A DNA stretch of 10,577 bases from Armatimonadota bacterium. Its GTDB lineage: Bacteria > Armatimonadota > Zipacnadia > Zipacnadales > UBA5352. The stretch is from NCBI GenBank assembly GCA_034722055.1, contig JAYENL010000112.1, positions 1-10,577 of the forward strand, read 5' to 3'. Both the position numbers and the translations under genes were made by a program. Below, one piece after another: positions 6,485-10,577 of the stretch. Below the pieces are notes generated by a model. The model saw nothing but the letters and a program-made list of their open reading frames with translations. It did not search any database and was not told the origin of the DNA. The number at the start of each line of letters is the position of its first letter. Position 1 is the stretch's first letter.

Positions 6485-8617
6485 TCAGATGACCCAGCTT
6501 GCGGCCATGGCCTCCTCGGTCGGCACCTCCACCTGCAAGAAGCCCAGCTCCGGCCAGCGTTCCACTACGCGCCCCTCGCGGCCCACCACCACCGCCAGCC
6601 GCAGCGTCTCGCCAGGCTCCGCGTCGATCAACTGCAGCGGTACCCCAGCCTCGATGACGCGCTCGACAACGCACTCGGCCTCCTGGCACAAATCCCCATT
6701 GACCTCCGGGCGCTGCCCCTCGTGGGGCAACTCCAGGACGATGGAATGTTCCCGCTCCCCCTGGAAGATCACCTCCACTCGGCAGCCCTGCAGGCGCTGG
6801 ATGGCCGGCCCGTCGGTGTCCAGCCGCAGCCACAGGTTCTCCTCATCAAAGCCGAAATAGATCTCGTGGATGACGTACTGGCTGCGCTGCATGGCCGAGG
6901 CCAGCCCGGAGGTGCGGAGCAGCGCCGCGGCGCGCCACTCGAAGTAGCTGGTGATCCGCCCGTCGATGGTCGCCGACATCCGCTCGGTGGCCTCGCGGAT
7001 GAGGCGGCTGATCTTCTCGGCGTAGATGGGCTCCTCCACCGCATCCGGCGGCTCCTCCGCCAGCCGCTGGTAGACCTCCGCCACGTGGGAGCGGAACAGC
7101 GCGTCGAAGATGTCGGCGTCGAGCGTGTGCTGATTCTCGCAGTACCACCAGAACCAGTCGCTGCCCTCGGCGATCATGAGGCTGCGGCGGGCCTCGTCGA
7201 AGCCCTCCTCGTCCTCGTCATGGCGTGCGGTGACCTTCAGCGCGCCCGAGAGCAGGCTCCACGCCCGCCGGTGCTCCTTCCCGCCGATCCAGGTGCGGTA
7301 GGAGTGGTCGATCCAGGAGCCGGGGAAGATCGAGTCCAACTCGCCGCCAGCCCCGAACTCCTCCAGGTAGTCGCCGACGCTGGTGGTCTGGATGTCCTCC
7401 GCCTCCTCGATTCCCTCGTAGAGCGCCCGCAGGAAGCCCTCGCCCAGGTCGGGATACCACCCCCAGGGGTTCTCCCCGTCCAGGATGATGCTCACCAGCG
7501 GCGGGGCGTCCGCGCCGCCGGCCTGATCGGCGGCCGTGCGCAGGCGCCCGATGAAGTCCCTCGCCGCGTCCCTCGGCTTCCAGTCGCGGTAGACGAAGCC
7601 GATAAGATCGGAGAGGCGGTGATCGCGGAAGACCAGCGATACGCCGGAGGCGCTCCGCCACGGCCGGTAGAGCTGCCTGGGAGCGGGCCTGCCACCGCTG
7701 TCGAGGCTGGCGCCGAGGACGTCCTCGTCTGAGGCGCACCACTGCAGGCCCTCGGAGGCCATCACATCCAGCGCCGCATCGCTGACCGCGCCCTCGGAGG
7801 GCCAGACGCCCCGCGGACGCTTGCCGAAGGTGCGCTCATGGTGCTCGAGCCCCAGCCGGAGCTGCCTCCGCGCCTCCTCGGGCTCCCGCCACAGCTTCTC
7901 GGGAAGCTGGGAGGCCGGAATGCGCTGCGCGGCATCCTCCATGTTGCACAGCAGCGGCATAATGGGATGGTAGAACGGCGAGCAGGTCAGCTCCGCCCGT
8001 CCCTGGGCGGCAACCTCGGTGTAGAGGTCCACGACCCCCTGGACCGCGCGCTGCATCTCGTCGAGCAGCGCCCGCTTCTCGTCCTCGGTGAAGTCACGGC
8101 CCTTGCCCCGGAGCTCGCTCACAACCTCGCTCTCATGGTCCAGCGCGAAGCCGCACCAGGCCAGGTTGAACAGCACCTGCAGGTCGCGGTAGTCCTCCTT
8201 GGTGAAGATGCGGCAGGCCCCGTCGATGGTCGCCGGGTTGCGGTCCACGCCTCTCTTGTGCAATAATTCGCCGTAGCGCGGGCTGGCCGCCATGGCTCCA
8301 CCGGGGTGCCCACCGCACATGTGTGTGAGCAGATACCGCTGGTCGTCCAGCCCCAGCTCCTCGGGGTCGCGCAGCGATAGCTCCAGCGCCCGGTCGGAGA
8401 CCTCCCCGGCCGCATAGCCGCGAAGCTGCTCGATCAGCGAAGGGACCAGGTTGAATGTCACCCGCGTGTCGTTGAACCTCGACAGCAGCCACGGCATGTC
8501 GTAGTAGGCGCTGGTGGCGTGCAGGCGCGCGAAGGGAAGCGCCGCCCGCGAGGAGTTCGGCCACAGGTACCATGGCTGGTGCATGTGCCACACGAATGCG
8601 ACGTAGAGCTGGTCCAT
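6485..8617 (-). CDS. Glycoside hydrolase family 57, amylopullulanase-like, with C-terminal DOMON-like/carbohydrate-binding domain, 710 aa
   Basis: GH57 conserved regions WHMHQP, TFNLVPSLIEQL, SPFYHPIMPLL, WPSEGAVS (nucleophile Glu), FRDHRLSDLIGF, ILDGENPW (acid/base Asp), GSWI and AEGSDWFWW. The C-terminal domain has TIDGRITSYFEW...IYFGFDEENLWLRLD. RBS GGGAG is 9 nt upstream; no signal peptide. Confidence 0.93.
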   Translation of the reverse strand: MDQLYVAFVWHMHQPWYLWPNSSRAALPFARLHATSAYYDMPWLLSRFNDTRVTFNLVPSLIEQLRGYAAGEVSDRALELSLRDPEELGLDDQRYLLTHMCGGHPGGAMAASPRYGELLHKRGVDRNPATIDGACRIFTKEDYRDLQVLFNLAWCGFALDHESEVVSELRGKGRDFTEDEKRALLDEMQRAVQGVVDLYTEVAAQGRAELTCSPFYHPIMPLLCNMEDAAQRIPASQLPEKLWREPEEARRQLRLGLEHHERTFGKRPRGVWPSEGAVSDAALDVMASEGLQWCASDEDVLGASLDSGGRPAPRQLYRPWRSASGVSLVFRDHRLSDLIGFVYRDWKPRDAARDFIGRLRTAADQAGGADAPPLVSIILDGENPWGWYPDLGEGFLRALYEGIEEAEDIQTTSVGDYLEEFGAGGELDSIFPGSWIDHSYRTWIGGKEHRRAWSLLSGALKVTARHDEDEEGFDEARRSLMIAEGSDWFWWYCENQHTLDADIFDALFRSHVAEVYQRLAEEPPDAVEEPIYAEKISRLIREATERMSATIDGRITSYFEWRAAALLRTSGLASAMQRSQYVIHEIYFGFDEENLWLRLDTDGPAIQRLQGCRVEVIFQGEREHSIVLELPHEGQRPEVNGDLCQEAECVVERVIEAGVPLQLIDAEPGETLRLAVVVGREGRVVERWPELGFLQVEVPTEEAMAASWVI

Positions 8618-8662
8618 TCACTTCATCTCCCGAATGCGTGCGCCGCGAGAAGGGCTGCTGCC

Positions 8663-10405
8663 ATGAGCTCACCGCCCGGAGCCTTCTGCCTCGTGCTTCA
8701 CACCCACCTGCCCTACGTGCTGGGCCACTCCACCTGGCCGCATGGTGCCAACATGCTCTACGAGGCCGCCGCGGAGTGCTATCTGCCGTTGCTGGAGGTC
8801 TTCCGCCGGCTGGCCGACGATGGCATCATGGCCCGGACCTCGGTCAGTCTCACGCCCGTGGTCGTCGAGCAGCTCGCCGACGACCGCTTCAAGGAGTGGT
8901 TCGGCCATTACCTCACCGACCGGGTCGAGACGGCTGAGGCGAACGCCGGCGAGTTCCGCTACCGCGGCGATCTGCACCTGGCCTACCTCGCCGAGCGCTG
9001 GTCCCGGCACTACCGCCACCTGCAAGGCCTGTACCACGAGGAGCTGGGCCGCGACATCGTCGGCGCCTTTCGCGATCTCCAGGACCGCGGCGCTGTGGAG
9101 CTGATGACCTCCGGCGCCACCCACGGCTACCTGCCCCTGCTGTATGAGGATGCCTCCATCCAGGCTCAGATCCGCCAGGCCGTGACCTCCTATCAGCGCC
9201 ACTTCGGCCGCTTCCCCCGCGGCTTCTGGCTTCCCGAGTGCGCCTACCGGCCCCGGACCGCCTGGGCGCCGCCGGCCGAGGTCCAGGCCCCGGATGGACA
9301 CACCTGGTGGCGGAAGGGCCTGGAGGAGTTCCTGGGCGAGAACGGCCTGGACTACTTCATCGTGGACACCCACATGCTCGGGCGCAGCGGCGATCCGCTC
9401 CCGGTAGATATACACTACCACGACAGCCTCGGCAAGCTCTGGGGCCGCATCACCCGCCGCGAAGAGCGCCCCCGTCCGAGCTGGGAGAAGACCACCTTCT
9501 GGCCATACTTCGTCGGTTCGCACTTCGAGGAGCACCCGCCCGTGGCCTGCCTGGTGCGCAACGAGGAGATCTCCTACCAGGTGTGGAGCGCGGAGTTCGG
9601 CTACCCCGGCGACGGCTGGTATCTGGAGTTCCACAGGAAGCACATGCCCGGCGATCATCGCTACTGGCGCATCACCGATGACCGGAACGACCTCGGCACC
9701 AAGGACGCCTACTCCCCCGAGATGGCTCAGGAGCGGCTCCGCGAGCAGGCCGGGCACTTCGTGGGTCTGCTGCACGACACCCTGGAGGGCCAGCCGCGGC
9801 CCTTCGGGCGCCGCCCCGTGGCCTGCGTGCCCTTTGACGCCGAGCTCTTCGGTCACTGGTGGCACGAGGGGCCGGCGTGGCTGGAGCAGGTGATCCGCTG
9901 GATCCACGAGGACCCCAGACTCCAGTGCATGAGCTGCGGGGAGTATCTGGCCGACACCGCCCCCTCCACCGCCATCACCCTTCCCGAGGGCTCCTGGGGC
10001 GCCGGCGGCGGCCACTACATCTGGCTCAACGACAACACCACCTGGTCGTGGCGCCGCATCTTTCAGGCCGAGCGCCGCATGCAGCACCTGGCGAGGACAT
10101 TCGCCCACCGCGAGGACGAGCAACTGCAGGCCTTCCTGCGGCAGGCCGGGCGGGAGCTGCTGCTGCTTCAGGCCTCAGACTGGCAGTTCCTCATCTCCAC
10201 CCACGGCGCCCCGGACTACGCCGCCCACCGCCTGGTGGCGCATCACACCGACTTCAATCACGTGGCGGAGCTGGCCGAGCGCTGGGCCCGACAGGATTGT
10301 CTCAGCGACGAGGACTGGCAGTACTTCGGCTCCCTGTGCGGCCGTGACGATATCTTCGAGGACATCGATCCAGGATGGTGGCGAGAGGTCCACTACCCGG
10401 CGTGA
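8663..10405 (+). CDS. 1,4-alpha-glucan branching enzyme, GH57 family (with DUF1957-type C-terminal domain), 580 aa
   Basis: LVLHTHLPYV, ECYLPLL, ATHGYLPLL, FWLPECAY (nucleophile Glu), QVWS...GYPGD..YLEFH, YWRIT, PFDAELFGHWWHEG (acid/base Asp), EGSWG.GG and RELLLLQASDWQF. ATG 8663 follows GAGAAGGG; the ORF-track start at 8519 overlaps the divergent gene. Confidence 0.94.
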   Translation: MSSPPGAFCLVLHTHLPYVLGHSTWPHGANMLYEAAAECYLPLLEVFRRLADDGIMARTSVSLTPVVVEQLADDRFKEWFGHYLTDRVETAEANAGEFRYRGDLHLAYLAERWSRHYRHLQGLYHEELGRDIVGAFRDLQDRGAVELMTSGATHGYLPLLYEDASIQAQIRQAVTSYQRHFGRFPRGFWLPECAYRPRTAWAPPAEVQAPDGHTWWRKGLEEFLGENGLDYFIVDTHMLGRSGDPLPVDIHYHDSLGKLWGRITRREERPRPSWEKTTFWPYFVGSHFEEHPPVACLVRNEEISYQVWSAEFGYPGDGWYLEFHRKHMPGDHRYWRITDDRNDLGTKDAYSPEMAQERLREQAGHFVGLLHDTLEGQPRPFGRRPVACVPFDAELFGHWWHEGPAWLEQVIRWIHEDPRLQCMSCGEYLADTAPSTAITLPEGSWGAGGGHYIWLNDNTTWSWRRIFQAERRMQHLARTFAHREDEQLQAFLRQAGRELLLLQASDWQFLISTHGAPDYAAHRLVAHHTDFNHVAELAERWARQDCLSDEDWQYFGSLCGRDDIFEDIDPGWWREVHYPA

Positions 10406-10420
10406 GGCCACCAGTGTGCC

Positions 10421-10449
10421 TTGACACCGGCTCACCGCTGGGCGAGAAT
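10421..10449 (+). promoter_or_regulatory. Sigma70-type promoter: -35 TTGACA (10421-10426), 17-bp spacer, -10 GAGAAT (10444-10449)
   Basis: Perfect -35, optimal spacing and a 4/6 -10 retaining the conserved A2 and T6, located in intergenic DNA 15 nt after the branching-enzyme stop. Confidence 0.7.
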
Positions 10450-10567
10450 CACCACTGCGGTGCAGCAGGCGACCGTCATACCGGTCCTCTGCCCGTTGCT
10501 GGCCCCATGAACCGGCGGGGGCGGGGAAGCGTCCATGGCAACGCTCGCGACGCCTTCGAGGAGGACT

Positions 10568-10577
10568 ATGCGTGTCC
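10568..10577 (+). CDS. Start of a downstream gene (MRV...), truncated by the window edge; product unknown
   Basis: GAGGAGG immediately upstream of ATG 10568, downstream of the predicted promoter. An in-frame alternative ATG exists at 10535. Confidence 0.5.

Noticed and set aside
5640..7732. Long overlapping ORFs 5640-6833 (-) and 6722-7732 (+)
   Set aside because: Shadows of the lipoprotein and GH57 genes with no motifs; the first would run through the terminator hairpin.
8519..8662. 48-aa N-terminal extension of the branching enzyme
   Set aside because: Overlaps the start of the divergent GH57 gene; the family motif begins shortly after ATG 8663.
8669..10123. 484-aa minus-strand ORF
   Set aside because: Antisense shadow of the GH57 branching enzyme.

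Overview
This is a high-GC bacterial window (roughly 68-70% GC by eye) dominated by carbohydrate and envelope genes. From left to right: (i) ~270 bp of non-coding DNA packed with GC-rich hairpins and a short direct repeat (REP-like cluster running off the left edge); (ii) on the minus strand, a small ferritin-like protein and two translationally coupled GT4 (GT-B) glycosyltransferases, one PimB'-like; (iii) on the plus strand, a divergent-type ribose-phosphate pyrophosphokinase (Prs), a probable GT-C polytopic membrane glycosyltransferase starting 9 bp later, a DUF4382-like lipoprotein and a clear intrinsic terminator; (iv) two GH57 enzymes, an amylopullulanase-like hydrolase (-) and a glucan branching enzyme (+), head-to-head with only 45 bp between start codons; (v) a near-consensus sigma70 promoter, a ~110-nt leader and the start of a gene cut by the right edge. 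I found no transposase, CRISPR array, tRNA or rRNA. The most interesting leads, all unproven, are the atypical Prs coupled to a GT-C protein beside two GT4s (a possible PRPP-fed glycosylation module), the very tight divergent GH57 pair, the REP-like cluster and the orphan ferritin-like protein. Family calls come from motif recognition, not database searches.
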